A DNA stretch of 64,000 nt from Nitrososphaerota archaeon. GTDB taxonomy: Archaea > Thermoproteota > EX4484-205 > JAAOZP01. The position numbers and the translations under genes are program-made. The stretch is from the NCBI GenBank assembly GCA_011605725.1, contig JAAOZP010000017.1, positions 320,001 through 384,000 on the forward strand, written 5' to 3'. Of the stretch, positions 1 through 10,047 are shown one piece after another (the stretch's first letter is position 1; each line of letters starts with the position of its first letter). The notes beneath the pieces were generated by a model. It was not told the origin of the DNA. It searched no databases and was given only the letters and a program-made list of their open reading frames with translations.

Positions 1-754
1 CGCAGGCAAGTCGATAACTCTTCACAAGCCTTTAAGAGTCAACAGGGTTTCAAGCAAGATTCATGGGGATAAGTATGGTTATGTTCACCTTGTCTCTGGA
101 ACGCCTGCCGACGCTGTTGTAATCGCTTTCAACCTGATTCTCGCTGAGAAGCCGTGCATAACTGTGAGCGGGATAAACATGGGTGATAACATAACGCTTG
201 ACAATCTTTTCACCAGTGGGACGATAGCTGCAGCGATACAATCCTTGTTAAGCGGTGTTCCCGCGATAGCTTTCAGCGTTGAAATACCGCCTAGCGTTGA
301 ACGCAGAGAGCTTAAGGTGGGCAGCTTTCAGCATCACGGCGAGATTGCAGCCGAGATCACTAGGTTCATGGTTGAGAATCCTCTTTCAACCCCGCATGTT
401 TTAAACGTGAACTTTCCTTTCCACATGGGCAGGGACACCGGCGTGGAGCTGACTTCTCTCGCCAAGATCAAGTTTGAAAACTATATTCTTGAGAGGAAGG
501 ATCCGAGAGGCTTCCCATACTATTGGATAGGGAGCTCTGAGATAAACGTCGACAAGTCTCACGAGGGCACTGACCTCTACGCTTTGACTGTTCAGAAAGC
601 AGTTTCAATATCCCCAATAAGCCTGGAGGTTAACACTCCAATTCTAATGAATCCCGAATCATTCTACGAGAGTGAGCACCTTGAGAAAGACAGGAGAACA
701 CTTGAAAACTTGAGGAAAAAGGTTAGGGAAATACTGGTTTCGAAGACGCGTTAA
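1..754 (+). CDS. surE: 5'/3'-nucleotidase SurE (5'-truncated by window edge)
   Basis: Frame open from the window start: GKSITLHKPLR...GTPADAV...SGINMGDN...SGTIAAA...DPRGFPYYW, typical SurE motifs. Confidence 0.9.
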   Translation, partial: AGKSITLHKPLRVNRVSSKIHGDKYGYVHLVSGTPADAVVIAFNLILAEKPCITVSGINMGDNITLDNLFTSGTIAAAIQSLLSGVPAIAFSVEIPPSVERRELKVGSFQHHGEIAAEITRFMVENPLSTPHVLNVNFPFHMGRDTGVELTSLAKIKFENYILERKDPRGFPYYWIGSSEINVDKSHEGTDLYALTVQKAVSISPISLEVNTPILMNPESFYESEHLEKDRRTLENLRKKVREILVSKTR

Positions 755-812
755 GCATGCTGCTTAAAAGCAAGGCTTATATTAAGAATCAGCATTAGTA
801 GAAAGGGGAATA

Positions 813-1306
813 TTGATCGAGAGAGCAGTCTCTTCAGAGGTTCAGAAGACTTATGAGGAGTTAAGAAGCATTCTGCTTGAAAACAATTGCAGGATAATAG
901 TGGAGGAGCCTTTGAAAAGCATTATTGTTGAGCACGGTTCTCCTTCCGTCTGTCGCCACGAGACACGTGGAAAAGAGTAAGCTTCCACCTTTTTCCCGAC
1001 CCTTCGGGAACTAGGATCATCGGCTCCTCATCAATAATCTTTCCAATACCAGTCAGCATCATTACCCAGCTAATAATCATGCTCCTAGTCTTCTTCACAA
1101 TCAGCATCCTAACACAACCAATAATCGCTTTCCTAAACTTCTCCTCAATCTGGTTTCTCACAACTGGGATCGGAACCGCGTCCTTCGTCGGGCTTATCTC
1201 AACCCTAGTAGTCTATGAAAACTATTATCGTCTCCACCGTAGAAGAAACTTGTTTTTAGAAGAGGTTTTCAGGCTACTCATGCAAAAAGCTGGGAAACTC
1301 AGGTAG
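813..1306 (+). pseudogene. Frameshifted membrane protein
   Basis: TTG-start frame 813-980 (MIERAVSSEVQKTYEELRSILLENNCRIIVEEP...EHGS) overlaps a second frame open 932-1306 (LSPRDTWKRVSFHLFP...two TM helices). Confidence 0.5.
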
Positions 1307-2108
1307 GATCTTCAAGCAGGCTTACGACTTTACCGTAAGCCTCCTCAACGAGGTGGGCGAGCTTCTCAGCAGCCTCTTTAACAAGCCTATTGGCGGCGGC
1401 CTCATCTCTGTGGAAAGCATTAAAGTATATTTCTATTGAAGATTTCTCCTCCGAACCCTTAGGATGGGATTTTATATAAGTGTTAGGGTAAAGCTCCTTA
1501 ACCCTGCTGATGAGGGGCGCTAAAGCTGATTCCTTGACGCCGGTGACGCGGAGGGAGAGCTCGGCAATCCGGAACCCGGATTCCATTGAAACCTCTTTCG
1601 AGATCGACTCGTTGAATATTGCCTCCATCTCCCTCGGAACCCCGGGCAGCGCGTATATAACAGTGTTCCCGAAAAGAATCTTGGCGGCGGGAGCTGTTCC
1701 AACAGGGTTCGGCAGGGGCTCAGCCCCCTCAGGCATTTTAGCCATCTTTACCCTTGCTTCAGTCAGTTCTTCACCCATTTTCTCGTATTTTCCCCTAACC
1801 ATTTCAAGAGCCTCATGGTTCAGGATCAAGGGTTTTCCCAAGGCCTCCGCCAACCCTTCGAGAGTAATATCGTCGTAAGTAGGCCCTAGGCCGCCCGTCA
1901 TTAAGATGTACCTTGGTTTTCTCGAGAGGGCCTCGCCGACGCAGGAGGAGATTTCGCTCAAGTCGTCCCCCACAACCGTTATCCTCTTAACGGCGACCCC
2001 TAGCCTGGTTAGTCTTTCAGCAAGCCAAGAAGCATTGGTATTGACAACCTTGCCTATTAAAAGCTCGTTTCCAACGGATATTATTTCGCAAGTCAGCTGA
2101 GCCTCCAA
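1299..2108 (-). CDS. cinA: CinA-like molybdopterin-binding-domain protein
   Basis: VGNELLIG..VNTN, VGDD, TGGLGPTYDD, LPGVPREM motifs. Confidence 0.85.
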   Translation of the reverse strand: MEAQLTCEIISVGNELLIGKVVNTNASWLAERLTRLGVAVKRITVVGDDLSEISSCVGEALSRKPRYILMTGGLGPTYDDITLEGLAEALGKPLILNHEALEMVRGKYEKMGEELTEARVKMAKMPEGAEPLPNPVGTAPAAKILFGNTVIYALPGVPREMEAIFNESISKEVSMESGFRIAELSLRVTGVKESALAPLISRVKELYPNTYIKSHPKGSEEKSSIEIYFNAFHRDEAAANRLVKEAAEKLAHLVEEAYGKVVSLLEDPT

Positions 2109-2228
2109 ACTGGTTAACCGCTTAACGCTGAGAGACTTAAATTTTTACTAGTGTCCCCGGCGGGGACGCTGCCCTGTTTAACGCGTCTCGAAGAACACGT
2201 TGTCGCCTGCTACTGGTCCCTAAATGTT

Positions 2229-2357
2229 TCAGCGCGAGGTTTTCTGCCTGAAGGCGAGCGCAGCCTTTCTATACGGGCCCCTCCTCCGGAGCCTAGCCCT
2301 CCGCCTTGCCTCAACCCTCCTACGCAGCTTGTCTTCAAAACGCTCTTCCGAACTCAT
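2229..2357 (-). CDS. Small basic protein, 42 aa (not in ORF track)
   Basis: MSSEERFEDKLRRRVEARRRARLRRRGPYRKAALAFRQKTSR; ATG start, TATA-like CTTAAAC about 30 nt upstream. Confidence 0.6.
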   Translation of the reverse strand: MSSEERFEDKLRRRVEARRRARLRRRGPYRKAALAFRQKTSR

Positions 2358-2372
2358 TGAACCTAATAGCGC

Positions 2373-3125
2373 ATGCTAGGAATAAAAGGTTTAAGCAGGG
2401 GTTTTGAAACTTTAAAGCCCGGGGAGGTTGTTCTGAAAACGTTGAGGAAAATAGATGGGGAAACTATTCTGAGGAAGCTGGGCGAGGCTGTAAGGCTCGA
2501 CGAGGAGAGCTTCCCATCCTTGACTAGCAGGAGCGTCTTCGAAATGCTTGTCGCCACGGTTCTCTCCCAGAACACTAGTGATAGAAACACGGCGAGAACG
2601 GTCAGGAGGCTTAGGGAGAAAATTGGCATAACGCCTGAGAGCATTTCTAAAGCTGGTCTGCGCGAGTTGAAGACTGCAATAAGGTCGTCAGGCCTCTACA
2701 ATGTTAAGGCCAGAGTGTTGAAGAAGCTTGCCAGAATCGTGGTTGAGAATTACGGCGGTAATATTGAGAAGATTTTGGAGAAGCCTGTCGACGAGGCGAG
2801 GAGGGAGCTTATGAGCCTCCCCGGCGTCGGCCCTAAGACCGCTGACGTAATACTCCTCTTCGCAGGCGGTAAGCATGCTTTTCCCATAGATACTCACATC
2901 TTCCGTGTAGGGCGTAGGCTTGGGTTGATAGGGTTGAGAGACAGTTATGACGATGCCCGTAGAAAACTCATGAAAGCATTTCCGGCTGACTCCTACTTGA
3001 AGGCTCACCTTCTACTCATAGAGCATGGGAGGAGAGTCTGCAAAGCTAGGAGGCCCTTATGCAGTAACTGTGTTCTTCTGGAATACTGCTCCTTCGGACA
3101 GGATTTTTTGAAAAGAGAAGCATGA
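2373..3125 (+). CDS. nth: Endonuclease III (HhH-GPD, 4Fe-4S)
   Basis: LSQNT, LPGVGPKTA, PIDTHIFR, C-x6-C-x2-C-x5-C; true start may be downstream of 2373. Confidence 0.92.
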   Translation: MLGIKGLSRGFETLKPGEVVLKTLRKIDGETILRKLGEAVRLDEESFPSLTSRSVFEMLVATVLSQNTSDRNTARTVRRLREKIGITPESISKAGLRELKTAIRSSGLYNVKARVLKKLARIVVENYGGNIEKILEKPVDEARRELMSLPGVGPKTADVILLFAGGKHAFPIDTHIFRVGRRLGLIGLRDSYDDARRKLMKAFPADSYLKAHLLLIEHGRRVCKARRPLCSNCVLLEYCSFGQDFLKREA

Positions 3126-3145
3126 AAACAAGCTTAATTTATTTT

Positions 3146-3676
3146 TCACTTTCCTGAACGCATATTGCAATCCGGTATCACGTACAGGTATATCTTGTGC
3201 CAAGAGAGTTCAACAACTTTTTGAGGAACCCATCCTTTGAAGGTGAACTCGTGGCTGACAATCCTCGTCCCAGGCTTAAGCTCAGCCTCAAGCTTAGGCT
3301 TAATCTTCTCATTAGCAGTCGTTGTCAGGAAAAGAGTTAGCACAGTGGCTTCAGAAAGGTCGGCTTTCAACAGGTCCTCGTTGTACACTATTATCCTTTT
3401 AGACAACCCTTCTCTTTCGATCGTTTTTACAAGCTCCTCGTAGAGATCTTTCCTTATCTCGTATCCTACAGCCTTTCTCGCGCCGAACTTCTTAACAGCC
3501 GCAATAAGCATCCTGCCGTCTCCGCAGCCAAGGTCGTAAACAACGTCGCTGGGAGTTACACAGGCTAACTCAAGCATCTTTTCCACGACCTCGGGCGGTG
3601 AAGGCACGTATGGAACCGTTATCGCCATGTTTTCAAAAAGCTTCTCGGAGAAAGAGATAAACTTATCGCTCGGCAT
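3146..3676 (-). CDS. Class I SAM-dependent methyltransferase
   Basis: PYVPSP...DLGCGDGR...LKPGTRIVSH. Confidence 0.85.
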   Translation of the reverse strand: MPSDKFISFSEKLFENMAITVPYVPSPPEVVEKMLELACVTPSDVVYDLGCGDGRMLIAAVKKFGARKAVGYEIRKDLYEELVKTIEREGLSKRIIVYNEDLLKADLSEATVLTLFLTTTANEKIKPKLEAELKPGTRIVSHEFTFKGWVPQKVVELSWHKIYLYVIPDCNMRSGK

Positions 3677-3684
3677 TTAAAATC

Positions 3685-4404
3685 CTAATCTTTCACCAAC
3701 ATTTTCATGATCGCGCGAGCGTTGCTAAGCATGAAATGGTTATTATTCATGAAAACGAATACTCTCCTAGGCTTCGTGGCAAGCACGTTACGTACAACTT
3801 CCTTCAACTCTTCAACCGAGTAATCATGAGAATACCAGGATGAGCGGCCGTGCATCCTGAGATAGACGGTGCCGGTCGTGTTGAAAACATGCCTAGGAAG
3901 ATCAGGCGAGTCCACGGAGACTATTGTGAGACCCCTGCCGCTAGCCCATTCCTCCCATTCCCCGCTGAACCACTTGCTGTTCCTCCACTCTAAAGCCGCC
4001 TTCTCCGCGACCCCGGTCTTGGCGAAAAACCTTTCAATATTCCTGACAGTGTTCTGGCTTGGCTCTAGGAACGGGGGGAGTTGAAAAAGATAGTAGTCTA
4101 TGCTCTCCTCCAACGGTTTGAAAAGGCTGGCGAACCTGTTGAAAACGCTCACCGCCTTGAAACCCATGCGGTAGACGTGAGTAACCATCCGGTTAACCTT
4201 GACAGCCCACCTGAAGCCCCGGGGAGTCTTTCTAGACCAGGAGTAAACCTGGTTTCTGAAAGGGAACCTGTAGAAGCTAGCGTTAAGCTCAACACTGTTC
4301 AAACCACTGTTCTCAACATACCAGTCAAAACTGTTTCCCTGATTCCAATCGTAGCTCCAACCCGAGGTCCCTACGAAAACATGCGTGTTAAATCTTCCTC
4401 TCAT
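3685..4404 (-). CDS. DUF72 family protein
   Basis: VGTSGWSY, VELNASFY, LFQLPP, YLRMHG, FMNN. Confidence 0.9.
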   Translation of the reverse strand: MRGRFNTHVFVGTSGWSYDWNQGNSFDWYVENSGLNSVELNASFYRFPFRNQVYSWSRKTPRGFRWAVKVNRMVTHVYRMGFKAVSVFNRFASLFKPLEESIDYYLFQLPPFLEPSQNTVRNIERFFAKTGVAEKAALEWRNSKWFSGEWEEWASGRGLTIVSVDSPDLPRHVFNTTGTVYLRMHGRSSWYSHDYSVEELKEVVRNVLATKPRRVFVFMNNNHFMLSNARAIMKMLVKD

Positions 4405-4474
4405 ACTGCAATCCTTCGATGAGAAACCGCATCCTAACATTGCGTACGCTTCTCCCCCAACCTCTTCCAGCAGC

Positions 4475-6016
4475 CTACTCCTCCTTGTCGAATCTTTTCA
4501 ACACTCCGGGTATTTTCTCAACAAGGTCTGAAGCAGTAATGTGGAAGCCTTTCTCCTCAACAGCCTTCAAGCCAGCCTCCCCGTGAACATAGGCTGCTGC
4601 AGCAGCCGAGTTGAACCCGCTGTTCCCCCAGGCGAGGAAGGCTGCGATTATGCCTGAAAGAACGTCTCCGGTGCCGCCTACAGCCAAGCCTGGCGTGGCA
4701 TGCTTGTTAACCTTAAGGTTTAAGCCGTCGGTGATGACTGTTTCAAAGCCTTTAAGCAGAATCGTGAAGCCGTGTTTCCTAGACAGCTCTATGAGCATGC
4801 TCGCGTTCCTAAACCATCTGGCTTCAAGCTCAGCTTCGAAAACCTGTTTAAACTCTCCGCGGTGTGGGGTGGCTACAACACCCTTCAGCAGGCTGGGGAA
4901 GGCTTTGAAAGCTTTGAATCCGTCTGCGTCAACAACAATCGGCAGCAGCCTGCTTCTAGCCTCGTTAACAATCATCCTGACTGCTTCAACAGTCTCCTCA
5001 TGTAGCCCAAGGCCTGGGCCGAGCACTATCGAGTCAGCCTTATCCATAAGGTTGGAGACAATGGGTATTGCCTCCGCGTTAAGATGCTCCCCAGGCGTGG
5101 CGTAAACCACGAGGTCCGGGGACATTGCTCTAACCGAGGCTGCAACCGGCTTCGGCGCAGCCACTATAGCTAGGCCGGCCCCGACTCTTAGCGCCGACAA
5201 CGCTGCTAAAGCAGGTGCTCCAGAGAAGGTTTCACTCCCTCCCACTACTAAAACATATCCGTAGTCACCCTTATGCGAGTCTCTCCTCCTGGTTTTAACA
5301 ACCCTCCTAACATCCCCGGGTCCAGTGTAGAGCTCAGCCTCAAGAGGTATGCCTATGTCAGCCACCTCAACCTTCCCCGCGTAGGGAGAGTTCACCAGGA
5401 AGTCCTTAGGCTTGTGGAAAGTCAGAGTGTAGGATGCTTTTACAGCCAGACTCTTCCCGGTGCTCTCTGATCCGAGGCCTGTTGGAACATCGACTGCGAA
5501 AACCGTTTTACCCGAGGAGTTAACCTCGCTAACTATTGAGGTGAAAGGCTCCTTTAAAACTCCTTTAATCCCTGTGCCGAGCATAGCATCCACTACGAAG
5601 TCGCATTTATCCAAAAGCTCTTTAACAACCCGTGTCTCAGAGGAGTCGGTGACAAAGAACTTCTCAACATCATCCATGTGGAGCAGGAGAAGCCAGTTTA
5701 CCCTAGCCTCCTCACTCCTGATTTCATGAGGCCTACCTACGAGGACAACAACTACTTTAGCACCCGTGTTTCTAAGGTGCCTCGCCGCCACAAACCCGTC
5801 GCCACCGTTATTACCTGTTCCGCATAGGAATAGGAATGTTTTACCCTTTGCATCAGTCTTCGAAGATATGAAGCGTGCGGTAGCTGAGCCAGCGTTCTCC
5901 ATCATGCAAAGCCTGCTTAAACCCAGGGCCTCCGCATTCTCCTCTATAGCAGCCATTTCAACACTGGTCACAACCCTGGGGAGAAGCTGTTTCACCGCCT
6001 CAAGCCACTCATCCAT
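4475..6016 (-). CDS. nnr: Bifunctional NAD(P)H-hydrate epimerase/dehydratase (YjeF)
   Basis: MENAG, GNNGGDG, DAMLGTG, HKGDYG, DADG, TPHRGEF, GGTGDVLSG. Confidence 0.93.
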   Translation of the reverse strand: MDEWLEAVKQLLPRVVTSVEMAAIEENAEALGLSRLCMMENAGSATARFISSKTDAKGKTFLFLCGTGNNGGDGFVAARHLRNTGAKVVVVLVGRPHEIRSEEARVNWLLLLHMDDVEKFFVTDSSETRVVKELLDKCDFVVDAMLGTGIKGVLKEPFTSIVSEVNSSGKTVFAVDVPTGLGSESTGKSLAVKASYTLTFHKPKDFLVNSPYAGKVEVADIGIPLEAELYTGPGDVRRVVKTRRRDSHKGDYGYVLVVGGSETFSGAPALAALSALRVGAGLAIVAAPKPVAASVRAMSPDLVVYATPGEHLNAEAIPIVSNLMDKADSIVLGPGLGLHEETVEAVRMIVNEARSRLLPIVVDADGFKAFKAFPSLLKGVVATPHRGEFKQVFEAELEARWFRNASMLIELSRKHGFTILLKGFETVITDGLNLKVNKHATPGLAVGGTGDVLSGIIAAFLAWGNSGFNSAAAAAYVHGEAGLKAVEEKGFHITASDLVEKIPGVLKRFDKEE

Positions 6017-6080
6017 CTTGAAATACTGTTTAAAGAAGCCTTATAAGAATATATTCTCAAGCAGGCTTAAGCTGAGGAAA

Positions 6081-6716
6081 GTGAAGCGCACGAGGCTTCT
6101 GAGAGAACTTGAGAAGATCGTTTCAGACGGGAAGGTTAGGGAGACGGTTTTGAAAAGGCTTAGAGAGTTTGAAGAGGCAAGGGCTAGCAGGGACAGGGTT
6201 TTCAGCGAGCTCTGCTTCTGCATTCTCACAGCCAACTGCTCCGCGGAGGGGGGGCTTAGGGTTCAGGAGGAGATCGGGAAAGGGTTCTTAAAGCTGAGCA
6301 GGAGTGAGTTGAGCAGGAGGCTAAGGAGCCTTGGTTACAGGTATCCCAGGGTCAGGTCGAAATACATAGTTGAGGCAAGGAAACTCTGCGAAGACGTTTG
6401 GAGAATCGTTAACGAGGAGGATGACCCTGCTGAAGTCAGAAGATGGCTTGCAGACAATGTTCCCGGCATAGGCTTCAAGGAGGCGAGCCACTTCCTGAGA
6501 AACATAGGCTTTAAAGACCTCGCCATAATAGACAAGCATATCCTAAGGGTTTTACACAGGTATGGCTATATAGAGAGCATTCCTAAAAACCTTTCCAGAG
6601 CCAAGTATCTAGAAGTAGAGAAGACTCTTTTAAAAATAGCCGGAGAGCTGAACATGTCGTTAGCAGAGCTAGACCTCTACCTTTGGTATATAGATACGGG
6701 CAGAATCTTGAAGTAA
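6081..6716 (+). CDS. ogg: 8-oxoguanine N-glycosylase/DNA lyase
   Basis: ELCFCILTAN, GIGFKEASHFLRN, AIIDKHILR, LDLYLWY; GTG start after a TATA at about 6040. Confidence 0.9.
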   Translation: MKRTRLLRELEKIVSDGKVRETVLKRLREFEEARASRDRVFSELCFCILTANCSAEGGLRVQEEIGKGFLKLSRSELSRRLRSLGYRYPRVRSKYIVEARKLCEDVWRIVNEEDDPAEVRRWLADNVPGIGFKEASHFLRNIGFKDLAIIDKHILRVLHRYGYIESIPKNLSRAKYLEVEKTLLKIAGELNMSLAELDLYLWYIDTGRILK

Positions 6717-6787
6717 AGCAGAAGTTGCGACGCTTTGTTTCAGCCTGAAAACCAGATTAAAGGTTTTCATACAGGGTTTCGCGAGTA

Positions 6788-8020
6788 TTAGACAAGTTCA
6801 ACAATGTATTCCCTGCCGCGCTTAATTTTCCTGATCAAACCTTTCCTCTGAAGCTCGTTTAAAACTATGGATGTCTTAGACTTCGAAAACTTGGCTGCAT
6901 CCTTAATCTGGGACTGCGTCAGCCTCCCCCCAGCCTCCCTGAGAAGCTTTATCACGAGATCTTCGTCTGAAAGCATCTGCATGTCAGGGGGTTTCAGCCT
7001 TCTCCCGCGAGAATAGTGTAACAGTATTATTGCTAGAAGCACCACCGGCGGAGCCAGAAGAGCCAAGTACAGTGCTGAGGGAAGATTCGCACCCTGCGTC
7101 TCTCCCCCGCTCTCCTCGTAAACCGAGAGTTGAAGCAGCCGCGGGTCTTGGCTGAACCTGTAGGGTGAGTCGGAGGGCAGGCGTATAGAAACCCTCCAGT
7201 CTCCAGCAGTATTCGTGTTTAAAACATCCTTGAAAACCCCGTTTTCAGCAACATTAACCTCTCTAGTCGTTTCAGAGCCTTGAGAGTTCGAGTAGACAAT
7301 CACGAGTTTTAAGCCTGGGATGGGCGGGCTGATTTTCCCACTAATGCTTACTGGAGAACCTTTCTTAACCCTCGTGCTGTTCAGAGAGAATTCCTCAACC
7401 CTTATAATCCTGCTTTCGAAAACAAGCCTTGGCTCCCCGTCTGCGAAATCCATCCTGCCCAGCCAAGCTACTCTTAAAAAGTCTTCGCGCGACGCTCTTG
7501 GGCTCGTAAGCTTAAGAAAATAATCCTGATCCAGCTCGGAGTAGTCTATTTCAAGCGTCTCGCCAGTGAAAAGGTAGAATCCTCCTTCAAAAACGTCTCC
7601 AACCTCAATCCTGTCTGGAATCTTAAGGCTGAAATTAACCCATTTAAACCTGTATTGAATAACCCCCACCTGCTTCAATATTCCCGTCACATCGATCTTC
7701 AGGCTGAAGTTTTCAGCCGTCATAGGCCTCCCCGTTAAGGATGCCGCCTTGCTAACTATACTGCTTATGGTTGATTCGAAGCCCGAGATGAGAGCATTCT
7801 TGTCAGCACTATCCTTGAACAGCTTGAAACTATCCAGCTCCTCCTGCGTATTAAGCGTGGTGGAGAGCTCAACAACCCATGTTGCTGAAGAATCCTTGTG
7901 CAGAATTATCCTGTAGGTTGTTTGAAACTCGAACTCGCCCTCAGCCAGTGGAACCAGTCCACATACTGTAGCCAGGATGATTGCCAGTAGGGCTCCTGCG
8001 ACGGCTTTGCGAAGAGTCAT
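6788..8020 (-). CDS. Single-pass membrane protein with extracellular domains and C-terminal cytoplasmic winged HTH
   Basis: Signal peptide, TM helix near residue 320, C-terminal GGRLTQSQI...FSKSKTSIVLNELQRKGLIRKIKRGRE. Confidence 0.75.
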   Translation of the reverse strand: MTLRKAVAGALLAIILATVCGLVPLAEGEFEFQTTYRIILHKDSSATWVVELSTTLNTQEELDSFKLFKDSADKNALISGFESTISSIVSKAASLTGRPMTAENFSLKIDVTGILKQVGVIQYRFKWVNFSLKIPDRIEVGDVFEGGFYLFTGETLEIDYSELDQDYFLKLTSPRASREDFLRVAWLGRMDFADGEPRLVFESRIIRVEEFSLNSTRVKKGSPVSISGKISPPIPGLKLVIVYSNSQGSETTREVNVAENGVFKDVLNTNTAGDWRVSIRLPSDSPYRFSQDPRLLQLSVYEESGGETQGANLPSALYLALLAPPVVLLAIILLHYSRGRRLKPPDMQMLSDEDLVIKLLREAGGRLTQSQIKDAAKFSKSKTSIVLNELQRKGLIRKIKRGREYIVELV

Positions 8021-8099
8021 GCGTGGAAAAAATAAGAATCAGGGATATAAAAGTTTGCAGAAAGATTACTTTTTACAAACAGATTTAAAAGGCTGCTTT

Positions 8100-8771
8100 T
8101 CAACCCTTATTCTTGCCTTTACCCTTAGCCTGCTTCTGCTCCTCAACCCATGCCTTTATCTCAGCCTTCTTCTCCTCTTGCAGAGCCTTCATCGCATCCC
8201 TGAACGCGTGGTTAGCCTTCACGATACTTTTAGCAAGCTCCTTATTGCTCTCAGGAATATTTTCCTGCAACGCTTTCAGAGCCTCCTTCTCAACACCCTC
8301 CAGCTGTCTCAGCCTGGTTCTAATCTCAAGCCTCAGCCTATTCATCTCCATTACGTATTCTCCCTGAGTTATTTCACCTTTCCTCAGCCTCTCCTCCAGC
8401 GTAGTCATTTCCCGTTCCATCGTCTCTACGGTCTCCATTATGCGCGCCTGTTCATCGCTCAGACCGGAAAGCCGTTCCCCCCATGTTTGGAGCAACGCCA
8501 TTTTAATCCCAAGCCTGATCTCTAGAAGGTTCTCCCTATGCTGTTGAACGAGATCCTGTATTTGTACTGACAGGCTTTTACCCAGGTAGGGTGGGAGAGT
8601 TTCATCCCCACCCGTATCCTCATCGCCAGCAACTCTTGAGACGAGCAGTGTTGAAACCGCGAGTACAATGAGCATTACTAAGGCTGATGCAACCATTATT
8701 CTCCGGTTTTTCTCCCACGCGCCTCCTCTCATTTCTCCGGAATAAGCCATGAATAAGCCTCTATTAAGCAT
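8100..8771 (-). CDS. Secreted/membrane-anchored coiled-coil protein
   Basis: N-terminal hydrophobic helix followed by an E/K/R-rich helical region. Confidence 0.65.
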   Translation of the reverse strand: MLNRGLFMAYSGEMRGGAWEKNRRIMVASALVMLIVLAVSTLLVSRVAGDEDTGGDETLPPYLGKSLSVQIQDLVQQHRENLLEIRLGIKMALLQTWGERLSGLSDEQARIMETVETMEREMTTLEERLRKGEITQGEYVMEMNRLRLEIRTRLRQLEGVEKEALKALQENIPESNKELAKSIVKANHAFRDAMKALQEEKKAEIKAWVEEQKQAKGKGKNKG

Positions 8772-8949
8772 TTTTCAGTTTTTTCTCATGAAACAGTCTA
8801 GAAACAGTTTATTAAGGTTAAAAATGGTTCATAAAAGTTTTAAATCCTGTTAGAGCTTAGAAAAATGCGTTTTTTAAAAAAATTGCTTGATTATCGTTCC
8901 TATCGCAAAAATGTTAGGCTGGAAGAAATATCGGGAAAAAGCAATTTGC

Positions 8950-9933
8950 TCAAGCCGTTCCGGAAAGCTGTTTGTGGAGCTCCAGCAGCGACCTAACCCT
9001 CTTAACAACATTCGGATGAGTACTGAGGACTTCAACCAGGCTCTCAGCGGGCGAGACCTCTCTGGAGGCAAACTCCTCTAAAGCACGTACATCATATATT
9101 CCCCTGAAAGCCCTTGTCCCAACCGTTGACTCAGGGTCGGCTATGAGGAGGGCCCTGAAGGAGGAGTAGCTGGTCATCGAAGCCTTAACATTCCTAGGAG
9201 TTCTAGCGTTTATGTCAGATATTTTAACAAGCGCGCTTGCAAGGCTTAGAGGCCCGCCTGGTGAGACTGTGGAGCCATGGTAGTCCGCGTAGTACTCTCT
9301 GCTTCTGCTGAAGCCCAGTATGAGTAGAGTTAAAACATAGTACAGCAGCATGCCGAGCATTCCTATGAGTAGTAGAGCTCCACCATCACCCCTGTCCCTC
9401 CTTGAGCCGGAGGAATATATGCCTGAATAATAGAGTGACGACGCCACCCAGTAGACTAGTGCCGGGAGAACGGATAGAAACATCATTATCTGAACATCCC
9501 TGTGCTTAAGGTGTCCGAGCTCGTGTCCAATGACAGCCTCAACCTCTGAAACGCTCAGACTGTTAAGCAGCCCCCTGGTGACAGCCACCCTGGGGCCGGT
9601 TAACGGGCTGCCGTAGGCGAAAGCATTTGGCAACGGGATTTCCGAAACCATTATTCTCGGTGGAGTTTTAAGACCGCTTTTCTCAGCAAGCATTCTGACG
9701 CTTTCCTCAAGCCATGGGAGCTCACCCTGGTTTAACGGTCTAACCCTGTAAGCAGCGTCAATAATGTATGGGCCGATTAACCATTGAAACAGGTTTAGCC
9801 CGATTACGATCGGGAGAAGCATAAGCATATTCACCCCGATCATGAAGAGGATGAGGGCTACGAAGCCTGTGGTTACAGCAATAACTATCATCATCGTAGT
9901 AATCATGCTCAACCTGAGTTTCCAGAGTTGCAT
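8950..9933 (-). CDS. htpX: Zinc metalloprotease HtpX (M48)
   Basis: PNAFAYG, HELGH, SRSREYYAD, STHP. Confidence 0.92.
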   Translation of the reverse strand: MQLWKLRLSMITTMMIVIAVTTGFVALILFMIGVNMLMLLPIVIGLNLFQWLIGPYIIDAAYRVRPLNQGELPWLEESVRMLAEKSGLKTPPRIMVSEIPLPNAFAYGSPLTGPRVAVTRGLLNSLSVSEVEAVIGHELGHLKHRDVQIMMFLSVLPALVYWVASSLYYSGIYSSGSRRDRGDGGALLLIGMLGMLLYYVLTLLILGFSRSREYYADYHGSTVSPGGPLSLASALVKISDINARTPRNVKASMTSYSSFRALLIADPESTVGTRAFRGIYDVRALEEFASREVSPAESLVEVLSTHPNVVKRVRSLLELHKQLSGTA

Positions 9934-10047
9934 TGAACATCACCTCCTTTTTCAAACTTCTCCCATGGAAGGATATAAGTTTTACGCGAAAACCCTCCGA
10001 CTCTAAGCCTCCGGCAAGCTTATTAGACTTGCGTGCGTTGCTACCAT

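Noticed and set aside
2150-2228. Two hairpins upstream of the cinA-like gene (riboswitch?)
   Set aside because: G-U polarity is inconsistent between the hairpins, they lie upstream of the cinA TATA, and no known aptamer consensus matches
5766-6080. N-terminal extension of the ogg ORF (similarly radA 57873-58058, PriS-like 58918-58989, HEPN 59845-59940)
   Set aside because: Extensions overlap neighbouring genes or promoters and lack family motifs; downstream starts fit better
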